A stretch of 64,000 bases of DNA from assembly GCF_009914755.1 (NCBI RefSeq), contig NC_060926.1; one strand, 5' to 3'. This stretch comes from the human T2T-CHM13v2.0 reference genome, Homo sapiens. Of the stretch, positions 32,027 to 46,544 are shown in pieces. The notes under the pieces are model-generated. The model searched no databases. It was not told where the DNA came from and saw only the letters and a list, made by a program, of their open reading frames with translations. The first letter of the stretch is position 1, and each line of letters starts with the position of its first letter. A program made the translations under genes and the position numbers.

Positions 32027-33904
32027 AGGAAATCATGTCTGAACTCTAGTGTGGAACACAGTCTACCAAAATTTAAGGAGAAACATCAAAGATCAATAAA
32101 CATGAAAGTAAGCAAATACTACCACTGTTCTCAGAGGAAGGGAAAAAAAAACAAAACATGTTTCTCATTTTTCTTTTAAGCCATTTCTATGTTGCTTTTC
32201 GGAATCAGGCATGTATTGCAGTTTGGTGCTTGGGTTTTGCCATTGACATTGCAACTATTTGTGCAAATTAACCAGAATATAGTAAAGTAGCAAGCTCTAC
32301 TGAGGGCCTGGAATCCATTTCATGTCCTAATGCATAGTCATTACTCATAATATGTTCAAAATGCACTCCTTGGAACCCCAGCTTGAAGTACCCAGAGATC
32401 AATTTTCAATGGACTAATAGGTGACATTAAACATTATTCATAGAAACAGTGTTTATTTAATCTTTAATGCTACCTAATGCATTTTGGTCAAAGTCCTCAG
32501 TGTATGTTCAGGCTTTATTGTGTGGAAAATGGATGTGCTATTAATAAGTCAATACAAATACAAATATGGTTTCAATTGGAAATCATTAGGTTGCATTAAA
32601 TGGCAAATGAAATCCATAGGAAGGATTTGTTTTATTTTGTTTGTAAGGAGGAAAAGGAGCCTTGAGAGGCATTTCTTCACTCGGTAATGAGGAGGAATGA
32701 TTGGTTTCTGCAGAGGGGTGGATTACAGGCTAAGCCTTGCCTTATTCTCGTTAGGATGGGCATTGGCACAGCTGTTTGCTGCCGTGGGCCAAGCCGAAAT
32801 TGCTGTGTGCTTTGGAGTCAGCCAATGCCTCCCAGCACATAGCGGGTGGAGTCACTGCAAAGCTGTCTCCTTCCTGATGCTGGTGGCCCTGGGTGGACCT
32901 CAGCCCTCTTGAAGTCAGCTGGATCTCTGAAGGCACTGACTTGGACGCTTCTATTCTCCTGGCTCAGCAGCAGCACCTGTGAAAGAGCATGTAGCCATTT
33001 ACGTGACTAAAAGCTCCTTATGAGTAGAAAAGCAGCCGAAACAGGTCTTCCGTTAAAGCAGAGATTCTTGGGCAAGTACAGTGGAGGGGGTTACCTCAAG
33101 CCTGTTGTAGTGAATGAGAGTGGAAACAGATCAGGATTCACATTCTGGTCCCTCCATGTTTCATCCGTGTGACCTAGAGAGGAGAGTGCTTTCACCATCT
33201 GAGCTGTGGCCTCCTCATCTCCATTTTGATGACTGCATGAGCTCATGCCTGGAAACGCTCCCACAAAGTGGGGCTCCACAGGCGTTTGCTTCCTTCTTCC
33301 AGTCCTGGGAATCTATGAATGTATGCTTGAACCCTTTCTGCAAATCATTCCCTTTATCCCACCCAACTACAAGGAATATCCAGGCCAGGGCAAAAACAGA
33401 TAGTTGTTCAGAGCTGCTTAGTATTTTTAATGAACAATTTCATCTATTTTTAACTCATCATATTCTTTCTGCTGCTGCCCAAACTGGGCAGCTGATCTGT
33501 GTCTCTCGCTTGGCACAAAGCAGGTGAGACCTTGCACGCTTTTATTTCAGTGGTTGTCCCTTTGCTGAGAAGCCCTGGGCCATCTCTTCATCTCAGTGAG
33601 AGGTTCAACAGGGCCCAGAGATGGCCCTTCTGGCTCCCAGGTGGCCTCTGTAGAGCCTGCCAGCTGCTTGTGAAAACATGAGGTTGGATGGGCAGTCAAC
33701 CTGTAAGGAAGTTCCAGCAGAAACATAAAGTTTCTGAGAAAAGTTCCCCCAGTCTGCAGAGCATCTTATGGCCAGAGGGACTGTGGTCTTCTGGTTCCAT
33801 CTCCAGCAGAGACAGGGGAAGGAGAGGCAGGTAGCTTCATTCAACACACTCTCCAGAGTTACCCCAGAGCAGCTGAAATCTACCCAGATCAAAATAAAAT
33901 ATAA

Positions 33905-34100
33905 CCCACGCTTGCATAGCAAGTACCATGTGCCAGGCAAGGATCTAAATGCTTTAATTCAGTTCCTCCTTGCAACCATCTCCATTTTACAGTTGAGGAA
34001 GCCAAAGCACAGAAAGGCTAAGTCACTTCTGAAAGGTCACGCAGCATGTAGGAGTGGAGCGAGGGTTAGAATACAGATCCTGTTCCAGAGTCTGTACTCT
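33905..34100 (-). mobile_element. MIR
   Basis: ccattttacagttgaggaagccaaagcacagaaaggctaagtcactt. Confidence 0.7.
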
Positions 34101-34149
34101 TACTCAGAGCACTATCCGCTTCTCATGGTATAAACACCTGCTTAGGGAG

Positions 34150-34370
34150 GCAGCGAGGCGATCCAGAATTCTGGTGGATTTGGAGATGTTCTCCCAGTAC
34201 CTGGCTGTGTGGCCTTGCCAAGTGATCTGGTCCCTTTGAGCCAAGTGTGTTATTTGTACTACCTGGCAGGGTTGAGTGGAGGTTGAGAGACGAGTGATAT
34301 TAAATGTGTACCTTATTGCCCGACACATTATAGACACGCAGACACCTCAAGCATAATTGCTGTTAGTATG
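34150..34370 (+). mobile_element. MIR
   Basis: ctggctgtgtggccttgccaagtga; head-to-head with the preceding MIR. Confidence 0.55.
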
Positions 34371-34584
34371 ATTTCAATATAAAAAATACATGTGTACTTT
34401 CTTCCTGGAGATTTGCACTTGGTAACATCTGAGCGGTGGAATCCAGGGGAGGGAGTGTCCCTAGAGGTCCTCGGTTCTTACACCCGTCCCTTCCTGGATC
34501 CCTTCTTCAGCAGCCCCGTGGGTTCCTTGCATACCTGCCATGGTAGGGCCGCATGGCCTGTGGCAGTAGCTCCTTCTAACACAC

Positions 34585-34800
34585 AGCTGTGGAGTCAGGT
34601 AGATCTGAATTCAAATCTTGACCTTCCCTGCTACTTTGTGACCCTGCACTGTGGACAGGGCCCTGGACCCCTCCGAGCCTGTTTTTGCAGCTATGAGAAA
34701 TGTTGCTGAGTTACTGTGAGGTTGAAGAGGAACTGCTATGCCCCATGACCGGGAAGTCACCTGGCACATAGTAAGATCTCAGCAAGTGGCAGCTACATGT
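34585..34800 (+). mobile_element. MIR
   Basis: tggagtcaggtagatctgaattcaaatc...cctggcacatagtaag. Confidence 0.65.
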
Positions 34801-36787
34801 GTGCTTCTTATCCACTTTGGGAAGTCTAGGTTATCTTGTGCACAGAGATTTTTTTTCTCTGTGGCTTCCACTCACTGCTTCTTATTCTCCCTTGAGACCA
34901 CGCAGCCTAAGACTAACCTCTCTTCTACATGACAGCCCCTAGGCTTCTGAAGCCTGTTTTCCCGACCTCCCTGAATCTTCTTTTCTCCAGGGAAAATGGC
35001 CCAGGTCTTCAACAATTTTTTCCTGTCCCAGATTTTGGTCATTTTGCACATCGTTGTTCATCTCAGTGATATCACACGTTCAGTGCTTACATCATCAATC
35101 TTTATTTACTTGATTGTGACCAAACTGTGGATGTTTTCCACCATCCCAGGGCCTGGGAAGAAAGCTAGGATCAAATGCTACCTTGGCTGGGGCAGCCATT
35201 GCGTGTTGAAGAGCCATGTGCATAGCAGAAGCAAAGTGACAACCATTGCTCTCATTTGACCTCTGGGGAACCAGGGAGTAATTTAGGACTTGAAATGTGG
35301 GATGCAAATTAGTGTCTGCCTACTCACTGGCTTCAGGAAAATGGCTTTCATTTTCCGAGGGGATTACAGTAAATTACACCTGGAAGAGACAACCTAGAAT
35401 GATGCCTCAAAGTGCCCTGAATTAATCGAAGGGTCCTCGACACACATATATGTGTCGTGGAAGTGGAAGAGAAAGATGGAGACAGGGAAAGAGAGCATTT
35501 AATAGATTAATTAGGAAGAGAAACTGGCTTAGCTCCCCTTTATTGTGACAGTTTCTGAATGCTTGAGTCTTAAGTATAGGAAGAATACAGATAATGATTA
35601 CCACTCTCTTTACCTGGGGTCTCTAGCATTGAATATATTATCCTAATATAACGTTCATAGGTACCTAATTGCAATGTCAGAGCTTCTCTTGGGTCTCAGA
35701 ACACATTACAAATCAAGCATGGTGAAGCCAAATTAAGATATGAGCTGAGCGAGCTCTCCTTTCCTACAAAAGAGGGCCTGGCACGTGCCTGGCTTCCCTG
35801 GACAAAATTACAAGAGATAGATGTCATAAGACTCTCAACGAAGGGAAGCATTTTTTGCATTCTTCCCCTAGAAAGTCCAACATGGAGCTGGGAAATTGAC
35901 ATGAGGGCAACAATATAGTTTGGAGGAGGAAAAGTTCAACAAATGGGATCATTTAAGCTTAAGAAAGTCAGCCCAAGCGGTCATCTAATCGCAGTGCTGG
36001 AGGACAAGAGTCAGTGTCATTCAGTGGAGAGTCAGGCTTTGCCTTTGCAGACTGAGAACAGATTGAGTAGGGAGGAATGAAATTGTAGCACCAAGGACCC
36101 AGGTAAACCATCAGTGAGAAAACCCCAGGAGTGAGAGCGAGGTGGTTCATCTGCAAAGGGTTATTTAAGGAAGTCAGAGGATTGCTTTGGCTAAAGTTTT
36201 TTAACGTCAAACTCATGCTTTCAGAACAGTTTTGAGAGAATTCTTTCTGGAAAAGGATCGGGTGGCGCTTGGCATGCTTCACCACGGAATTCTTCTGCCA
36301 TTCCCTGATTAGGCATGTTTCCTAGCAATTAGATCAATTGGGTACCTGAGGAGTCTGTAAGGAAGGGAACCAAGCCCTTTTCTTGGGAGCTGGCAGCCTG
36401 GGCAGAGCGTGCGAGGACTCTGCCAAGAAAGCGGCCCTGAGGTTTCCCAGGGAGGGGCTCCCAATGCAGGAGGGCAGTCCTGGGCTTCATTTGCTTCACA
36501 GCTGACTCCATGCTGCTCAACCTCAAATGAGATTGTAAAACTCAAAAGTCAGGAGATGAGGTTTTTTTGGACTTAGTCACTATCTTCTTATTGATAACTC
36601 ATGTGAAAAGACAAGCTCACCTTTTCAATAGTTAAAAAAGGCTCAAGGATCCTCATTATTGATAGGAAAGAAATGTGTGTGTGTATCCACAGGCATGTGT
36701 TGCATCACGATGTTTGGTCAACAAGAGCCTGCATATGTGACAGTGGTCCCATAAGATTGTAATGGAGCTGCCCTATTCAGGTGTATC

Positions 36788-37820
<1,033 letters not shown>

Positions 37821-38102
37821 TAGATCCATTTAGATACATAAACACTTACTGTTGTGTTCCAGTTGCCTAGAGTATTTGGTACAGTCACATAGTATACAGG
37901 TTTGTAACCTAGGCGCAATAGGCTATTACTGTTAGCTTAGGTGTGTTTCTGTAGGTTCATTCTATGATGTTCCCAGAACAAAATCATCTAAGGGTGAATT
38001 TCTTAGAACAGACCCCTGTCAAGTGACTTATGACTGTATATTCGTGTATATATCCCTTTATATATGTATGTTTGTGCATGTGTGTGTATTTATGTACCAC
38101 AC

Positions 38103-38911
38103 ACAGTCAATTCTCACTATTCTCATTGTTCATGGTAGTTGTGTTCTGTGAAGTTGATATGAACACTGAATTAGCAAATACAGAACCATCGTTCCTAGGG
38201 GAAATAAGCAGTTAGGTTCCTGTGAGCCTCAGGTCAAACATTTTTGTTAGCTGATCAATATGAACCTTGTTTTCCATGTGTTTCTGTTTAGGAACACCTG
38301 TTAAATTTATATGATTGATTCATTCACATGGAACTCATGATCAGCAGCACTGTAATTCATGCCTCGGCAGGTACATCACGGTCTCCTTGTGTTTGAGAAT
38401 GCTAGACAGAGCTTCAGTGCTAGCTGGGGGGACATTTTAAACAGTGAAGTCACCACCAGAAAAAGCACAAAAACGTGAAAAACATGGCACTAGATAGAAC
38501 TCTTAGAAGACACTTGTGAACAATGTGAGGGCTAAAACACAAAGGCAAACTCGCCTTATTCCACCTTGGCTGGGAAAATGTGCATTGAATGATTCAAGAT
38601 TTTCACTGCTCTGCACATGTTCATGAGTGACCTTGAAAACACGTGAAAACACGTGAGTACTGATTTTTGGGTTACAAATACATTTTTTTTCTTTTTTGAG
38701 ACGGAGTTTCACTCTTGTTGCCCAGGCTGGAGTGCAATGATGTGATCTCGGCCAGGCTGTTCTCGAACTCCTGACCTCAGGTGATCCACACGCCTCAGCC
38801 TCCCAAAATGCTAGGATTACAGGCATGCGCCACCACGCCCAGCTACAGATACGTTTCAGTGAGTAGATGAAGTTGCAAAAACAAAGCCCTGGATAATGAG
38901 AATCGACTATA
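38103..38911 (-). mobile_element. MER82-like (TcMar-Tigger) element
   Basis: Inverted termini cagtcaattctca / tgagaatcgacta; gaacactgaattagcaaatac...cctaggggaaata; tttttgggttacaaata. Confidence 0.78.
38684..38843 (-). mobile_element. Internally deleted Alu within MER82
   Basis: Right-arm end joined to left arm at gatctcggccaggctg; TSD-like aca(a/g)atac. Confidence 0.85.
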
Positions 38912-39362
38912 TACAGAAAATTGGTAGCTTATTTACAGAACACGATCTTCCAAGGAACTGAGTAAAAGGCACCAAGTAAAATCCTTTTGTTGTTTTTTGT
39001 TTTGGGAGCTCATCAGGGTGAGAACGAGAGCAAGTGCTTGATAGAAAAACCATCAGTTCATCATTTCGTCACTTGGCACCTGGAGCGTACTATAACTTGC
39101 AGAGCAGAAGGCTCGGCACTGACTTGATTCCAAGATGGGTGAAATGATGCCTCCGGCAGGGAGCTAATAACGTAGCTGGGGCAACATACATAGGGTTTAA
39201 GTGCCCCCTGGTAAGAGTGGAAAAAGGTGTGGAAGATGTTTCAGAGACAGCTTTGAGGAGGGGTGACTGGGAAAGGCTTTTACAGGAGGAGGCAAATGAA
39301 TTGGGCCTTCAAGAATGGGAGTATTTGGAGGGGTAGAAAGATCAGACTGCAGAGACCATGAA

Positions 39363-39440
39363 TGTGTGTGTGTGTGTGTGGTATTTTGTATGGGTGTGTG
39401 CATGGGGGTGTATGTTGTGTGTGTGAATGTGTATGTGAGT
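39363..39440. repeat. (TG)n imperfect
   Basis: Directly visible. Confidence 0.85.
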
Positions 39441-39489
39441 GGTGGACCCGGGGTGGTGCAGTGGTGGCAAGTGACTGTCTTGAGAAGTT

Positions 39490-39740
39490 ACAGAGGGTAG
39501 TGGTTAATAGTATGAAGCCACATTGCCTGGGGCTGAATCTTCCTTCTGTCCCTAACCGCTTGTGTCATCTTGGGCAAGTGACTTAACTTCTCCACCCTCC
39601 ATTTCTTGTTTATAAAATGTGGGTAAGTGTAGTATCCCTCTTTTAGGATTATTGTGAAGTCAAAATGAGTTAATACTTGCAAAATGGCTAAAACAGTGCC
39701 TGGCACAGCTGGATGCTTCATAACTGTTTACTATGATTGT
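39490..39740 (+). mobile_element. MIR (near full length)
   Basis: tgggcaagtgacttaacttctc...aatgagttaatacttgcaaa...acagtgcctggcaca. Confidence 0.8.
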
Positions 39741-40319
39741 CTGCGAGGCTGGGGAGACCTGGCTAGGAGTCTTGGAATAGGAGGATTTGGGCTGACCTGG
39801 AGGGACATTACCTAGGTAGTGATGTCAGGGACTGGGGGAGTCCAGGGCTGCATGAGATGTGGGGAGTGGGTCAAAGCAAGAGGATTATGGTGGAGTCGGT
39901 AGGGCAGTGTCTGTTCCTGTGGCTGTCACTGTGTGTGGTGAGGATGGGAGGAGCTGCATCCCATGAAACCAAGTGAGGCTACATCCAGGGAAGGTGAGGT
40001 GGGAACAAAGACTAGAGGGCAGGCACGAAGAAGACAATTCCAGGGCCCATGTTTCTGGAGGCCAGCCTGGCCAGGATGAATTGTTCTGGAAGAAAGAGAA
40101 CATCTTTTGAACACCCTGGGCTTGTGGGCTGCTTTGTGAACTGGGGATTCTCCCTATCCCCTCTGCCCCCACCTTGCCTGCCTCTACTCTGTAATGCTGT
40201 CTCCTGTCCCTCGGGATTCAGATGGTGAGAAGTTGACTGGCTAGCAGCACAGTGACAGCGGATAACTACCAGGATGAATGAAGGGACCTGACTCACGGCT
40301 ATTTAGAATGTCACTGGGA

Positions 40320-40470
40320 ATGAACTGAGAAGGTCCATTTCCATCACCATCCTCCCCACTGGACTGTGAGATACTTGAGGACAAGCCCCTTTATTACCTT
40401 TTCATCCCCAGTGGTCTAGTGCCATGCTTCTAACATGGGATGGGCTTGACAAATATTTGTTCAATTTATG
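40320..40470 (+). mobile_element. L2 3' end
   Basis: cactggactgtgagatacttgagg...caaatatttgtt. Confidence 0.65.
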
Positions 40471-40739
40471 GGGAAACCGAGGCTGGAAGGAATGAAGGGA
40501 CTAGTGTTCAATGCATCCAATTAGTTGGTGGCATGCTGGTTCTCTGAATATTTAAGTTTCCCTCTCGGGCTCTCTAGAAAGTTGTGAAGTGAGCACCCTT
40601 TGGCCTTAGGGACCCCCGCATGTGTTTGTTTGATTGTGAATTCCGTCTCCCCTTCCCTGGTGCTCCACACCTGCTCCTCCATCAGCTTTCTGTTTCTGGC
40701 CAGAAGGGTCTGCCTCACTCATAGGCTGACCCCGACTTG

Positions 40740-40951
40740 TTTCTCCTTCTCCTTCTTCTCCTTCTCCTTCTCCTCCTCCTTCTTCTCCTTCTCCTTCTCT
40801 TCCTCCTTCTTCTTCTCCTTCTTCTCCTCCTCCTCCTTCTTCTTCTCCTCCTTCTCCTTCTCCCTCCCCCTCCCCCACCCCTCCCCCCTCCCTCTCCCTC
40901 TCCCTCTTCCTCTTTCTCTTCTTCCTTTTCTTCTTCCTTTTTTCTTCCTTT
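40740..40951. repeat. (TCC/TTC)n pyrimidine low-complexity tract
   Basis: Directly visible, about 210 bp. Confidence 0.95.
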
Positions 40952-41235
40952 TATGACAGGATCTCACTCTGTAGTGCAATCATGGCTCAGGTGGTTCTTT
41001 CACCTCAGCCTCCCAAGTAGCTGGTACTACCAGTGCATGCCACCACACCTGGTTATTTTTTTTTTTCCTTTTTGTATTTTTTGTGGAGATGCTTTCCTTG
41101 CTGTGTTGTGTATTTCCACACTCTGTTTTTTCATTTTCCTCAGGCTGGTTGCAAACTCCTGAGTTCAAGTGACACTCCCCACACCTTGTTTTCCCAAAGT
41201 GCTGGTATTACAGGCGTGAGCCACCGCACCCAGCC
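40950..41235 (-). mobile_element. Diverged Alu (AluJ-like) with deletions and a small insert
   Basis: cacctcagcctcccaagtagctgg...tcccaaagtgctggtattacaggcgtgagccacc. Confidence 0.85.
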
Positions 41236-41284
41236 ACCCTCCTTCTCCTCTTTCTTTCCTTTTTGGTTTTTTGAAAATCACTCC

Positions 41285-41530
41285 TCCCAGGCAGATCACT
41301 AAGGTCAGGAGTTCAAGACCAGCCTGGCCACATGGCTAAACCCCATCTCTACTAAAAATACAAAAATTAGTCGGGCATAGTGGTGGGTGCCTGTAATCCC
41401 AGCTTCTTGGTAGGCTTAGGCAGGAGAATCACTTGAACCCAGGAGACAGAGGTTGCAGTGACCCAAGATCACGCCACTGCACTCCAGCCTGGGTGACAGA
41501 GTGAGACTCTGTCTAAAAAAAAATAAAAAA
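41285..41530 (+). mobile_element. 5'-truncated Alu (AluS)
   Basis: Starts at aggcagatcactaaggtcaggag. Confidence 0.9.
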
Positions 41531-41803
41531 GTTCATGACTCAACCATGCCAGAAAGCATGGAGACTGCAAAAGGAGACAGATGATTAAGAATGTGTACAT
41601 AGGTATTGCACTGATTAGCTATGTTAGCACTACATATCCATATGATCTTGGTTGAATACAACAAAAGAAGCAAATAAACTGTCTTGTCCAACCTCTTATA
41701 TTTTCAGGTGTGGCCCAGAAAAATTGACCGAATTGTCCCAGGCATTATGGTTGGTTCCTGGCAGATCTGAACCGAGAACTCCAGTATCATTCTCTCCTTC
41801 TAG

Positions 41804-41856
<53 letters not shown>

Positions 41857-41860
41857 CACA
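41804..41860. repeat. (CA)n microsatellite
   Basis: Directly visible. Confidence 0.95.
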
Positions 41861-42499
41861 TGACAGGGGCACATGTCCCATGCTGCTTTCTATTTAAAAA
41901 AAAAAATGACATCTGCCCAGGAATCACATTGCACAATGGCAGTCCTTTCTTTTCCTCTTCCTGTGTTGAGTCATTGCCCTTGCCTGTGAAGTGCCTGCAT
42001 GACCACGTTGCCCTATGGACTTACTCAGAAGAAAGGAGTAATGATCAGCTGATGGGTCAGACACTCAGGGGTACACAGCCGGCCCCACTATGGGAAGCAG
42101 AGATGTGCTGGGGGTCAGAGCAGCCCTGGCCTTGCTGTCCCTATGTAAGATCTCTTCTTGTCTCTATAGAATGCACCAGAGCTCTAAACATAGAGACTGT
42201 TTATAACCAAAGGTCATTTTCCTGGTAGAACAAGGAGTCCTCTTTTGCTTTGGAGGCAGATGAGTCTGGGCTGGCTCATAGTGTTTGATGTGAGATGGCT
42301 GTGCTCAAGTTTCCTGGCCAGAAAGTTAAGCTGTGGCCCTTCAGAGTTTTATAGGGCCCAGCACAATCTTCTTGCCTCCTGCCTGGGCCCCAGTATGCCC
42401 CGAGGCCACACCCACTGTGGCCAAGTGCATGGTCTAGGGAAAACAGGAGCTGCCTTTTCAACTCTGCTTCCTTGATCATAGGTTTAACCAATAAGGCTC

Positions 42500-42670
42500 A
42501 TGACAACTACTCTTTCTGAGCACATTTGATGAGTTCCATATGAGACACATATTATCTAATTTAATGCTTATGATAATCCTTCAGAGGTGAGATTTCAGCT
42601 CCCTTTTAAAGTCAGGAAACTGAAGCTTAGAAGAGTTAAGTGATTTGCTCATAGATTGTAAACTGAGCTT
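42500..42670 (-). mobile_element. MIR
   Basis: aggaaactgaagcttagaagagttaagtgatttgc. Confidence 0.65.
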
Positions 42671-43019
42671 CTTATATCGCCGTTAAAACAACCCTGGATT
42701 CTGTCCTCCTCAGAATCACGACTCTGGAGAAGTCAAATGGGTTTTACCATGAAAGACGAGTAGGACTTGCATCCTCCTGGTGTCCACTCCAGCCTCACTT
42801 TCCCACCAGGAGCCTGATCACTGTCCTCCTACGAGGTCTGGAAGTGTCCTCATGGAATGTCACCTCATGGACTTTTTATTTTTTAGCTTAACTGAGCCTC
42901 AAGTTAAAATCGCTCAATCAACAAATGTTTTGGGGATAGATTGAGCTCCTTGAAGGAAGTGAGAGATTCATCACTATATCCCTGGGGCCTGACACATAGT
43001 AGGAATTCAGAAAAGTTTT

Positions 43020-43200
43020 GCTTAAAGAATGAATGAGTACCTCCTCTGTGCCAGGCACTGGACAAGAGCAATAGGGAATAGAGATGGATGAGCGAGCAGT
43101 CCCTTCCCTCAAGGAGCCCAGAATTTAGGTCAGAGGAGAAGCCACATTTGCAAGTGGAAAGCAAGTTAACAGTGCAAGCATCCCAAGTTAGGGTCCAGAT
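43020..43200 (-). mobile_element. L2 3' fragment
   Basis: tgagtacctcctctgtgccaggcactgg...ccctcaaggagc. Confidence 0.6.
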
Positions 43201-43496
43201 GGGTTTTACTGTCAGGAAGAGGGAAAGATTCCTGTGGTCAGAAGGGTTCCAGTGCGCAGAGGTCTGATTTGTGTGGCAGGGTCCTAATCAGAGGAAGAAC
43301 TTCTTAATATTCAGAACTGTCTAGCAGAGTCCCACAGGACCTATAAGGCAGGCATCTCTCCTTCCCTGACAGGATTCAGGAGACAAGAAGGCAGGAAAAC
43401 TGCATGTGTGTTGGGGGTGGGGGGTTGGGGTGGGTGGCAGGGGGCTATTCTTGCAGCGGGAGAGAGATTGGACCTAATGATCTCTTCTGTGTCTAT

Positions 43497-43825
<329 letters not shown>

Positions 43826-44876
43826 CTTCTGTGTCTAAATTTCTAGTTTCAACATTGAATCAGGCGATTTTTTCAGATAAAGTTATTTAAAACCAAAACC
43901 CAAACAACAACAACAAAAAACAGTATCTACAAGACAAAGTCAGGGGCTCTACTAAAATGTTGGGGGAAACTCTTTTAGGCTTATTTCCACGCTTTGTTGC
44001 ATCTCATCTTAAAATTCTCATTCCCAGACGGGACTTAGGGAGAGAGATGGAATCTCAATCTCATTGACTCATTGCTGGTGGCATCTCTCAGAGATGGCTA
44101 CTTTTCCTTCCATGAGGGTATCAGAACCCTCTTGTGCCGCCAAAGAATCTGCTCTGTTCTAGGGCACTGCAGTCCTGCGAGTTATGGACACGGAGCCAGG
44201 TGAGCTCTAGTTGGGCAAAAAGCCCAGCTCCCTGTCAGGGAGGGAGGGAGACGGCTACGACTTTCAAGGTCACTTGGCCATGAGGTGGGGACCATTCTTC
44301 CTCAAGGCCTCTCCTTTGCAAGGCTCCTGTGTGCCCCTTCCAGAGGAACTCTGAGGGCCTAGACCCCTCCTACCTTCTGCTGCGATGTAGTTGTCTGTTT
44401 TATAGGTGAGGGAGGGGAGTCCCTGTGAAGTTAAGTGTATTTGTTCAACGTTACAGGTTGAATGTGGGGTCAAGTCTTGGGATGAAATCAAATCATCAGT
44501 AGCAAGTCGCCCTTCTAAAAACCCAAACTGCAAATGTGTGCCCAGAGCCTATGTTGGGGAAGTGAGGTGGTGTTCCTGAACGAGACCATTGTTAGAGTTA
44601 AGATGAAGCAAGGGCCGAGTGGAGTGAGTGACCACAGCAATGTGGAGGGGCCTGTTTTTCAAGGCAGTTTAAGAGAGGAAGGAATCACTTTATTATTGGG
44701 GGAATGTAAAAGCGGTCACATGGAGTTGGGGAGAAGGGTAAGCTGAAGTTCTGGGAGGCTTCCTGGAGGAGGTCGCCTTTGAACAGTATCTGGAAGAATG
44801 TACTCAACAATTGACCACTGGTACCTCCCTCCACTCCCTCATTTGTCAATCTGTTTATTCATTTACTCATTTGCCC

Positions 44877-45395
44877 TGCATTCACCTGTCCCTTCATCCA
44901 TCCACCATGCATTCACCTGTCCCTCCATCCATCTACTCACCATGCATTCACCTGTCCCTCCATTTATCCACCATGCATTCACCTGTTCCTCCATCCATCC
45001 ACCATGCATTCACCTGTCCCTCCATCCATCCACCATGCATTCACCTGTCCCTCCATCTTCCACCATGCATTCACCTATCCCTCCATCCATTCACCCACCA
45101 TGAATTCACCTGTCCCTCATCCATCCACCATGCATTCACCTGCCCCTCCATCCACCCACCATGCATTCACCTGTCCCTCCATCCAGCCACCCACCATGCA
45201 TTCTCCTGTCCCTCCATCCAGCCACCATGAATTGACATGTCCATCCATCCACCATGCATTCTCCTGTCCCTCCATCTATCCACCATGAATTGACCTGTCC
45301 CTCCATTTATCCACCATGCATTCACCTGTCCCTCCATCCATCCACCATGCATTCACCTGTCCCTCCATTCATCCACCCACCATGCATTCACCTGC
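44877..45395. repeat. Minisatellite, about 17 copies of a ~31-bp unit (CCACCATGCATTCACCTGTCCCTCCATCCAT)
   Basis: Units counted by eye; unit length 27-35 bp. Confidence 0.92.
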
Positions 45396-45419
45396 CTCTC
45401 TATCTGTTCATTTTTTTTA

Positions 45420-45570
45420 TCAATCCATTCATTTATTACATAGATATTAAGTTTCTACTGTGTGCCAGGGACAGTGCTGGGTACTTTCACATACATTCTT
45501 GTTTAATTATAGGAATTCTATCAGTTAGGTAATAGTATCCCAAATTTACAGATAAGGATGCTGACTCTAG
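45420..45570 (-). mobile_element. MIR/L2 fragment
   Basis: ctactgtgtgccagg...caaatttacagataagga. Confidence 0.55.
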
Positions 45571-46544
45571 GCAACAAAATTCTTCCCCTTTTACCCCTTT
45601 ACAGTCTATCTCATCCTGCATCAATGAAGAAACATCTTATCTTCAAAAGCTCCCCCAACCTGCTTCACCAACCTCCCTGCCTCTATTCACTTCTCCACTC
45701 TAATCCATTCATGTCTCAACTGCCTGAGTTATCTAAGACACAGACCGAAGCAAGGCACATTTCTTGCCAATAACCTCACAGGGCTTGCTTTTGACCAGGG
45801 GCCAAGTCTCATCCATGGAATTCGATGGTGGAGACCCTGCATAACCTACTTTAACTGACTTCATCTCATGTGTTTTTCTCACAAACTTTTATTTTAGTTA
45901 AATTAGGCAACCCACTGTTCTCTGAGCACCTCTGCATTTTTCCCATTTCGGAGCCTTTGTTCACTCTATTTAAAATTACCCACCCTGTCTAAATTGACCT
46001 CCCTGCACAGTACAAATGTGTTAAGTTGAATTCAATTCCAAATGTGCCCTAAATCCTCCTTCCTTCAGGATGTACACAGAAGGGCACTTTCCAGATCTTA
46101 TGGTGCCTCCTGGAACCCAGGACAATAATTGCAGCCCCCAACCCCAGCTTGTGGGGCAGGGAGCTATTTCTAGTTGATGATATTGGGCAGGCAAACACCC
46201 TGTTCTCAGGTTTAGTTCCCAGGAGTCTGCAATGCCTCAGTCATAGCGAATGGTTCCCAGTACCAGCCACCATATTGGATATTTTGACTGTGTGCCCTCA
46301 AACTGCATACATAGTATTTGTTATCATCAGGAAATATATGCCATAGGCATCTCCTTCTGCCCGGATCCTTTCCTCCCTTAGCTGCTGATTCAAACCCCAT
46401 CCTGAGGTTTACCCAGCCCTAACTTTGATTTGGTCACATGCTCAACTTCATTCCTTAGAGATGTTGATGTAGATGTCAGATTTGCCTGGTAGTTCTACTT
46501 TGTTAATCAGCAGGGAATGTTACTCATTGTTCTTGTAAAATAGT

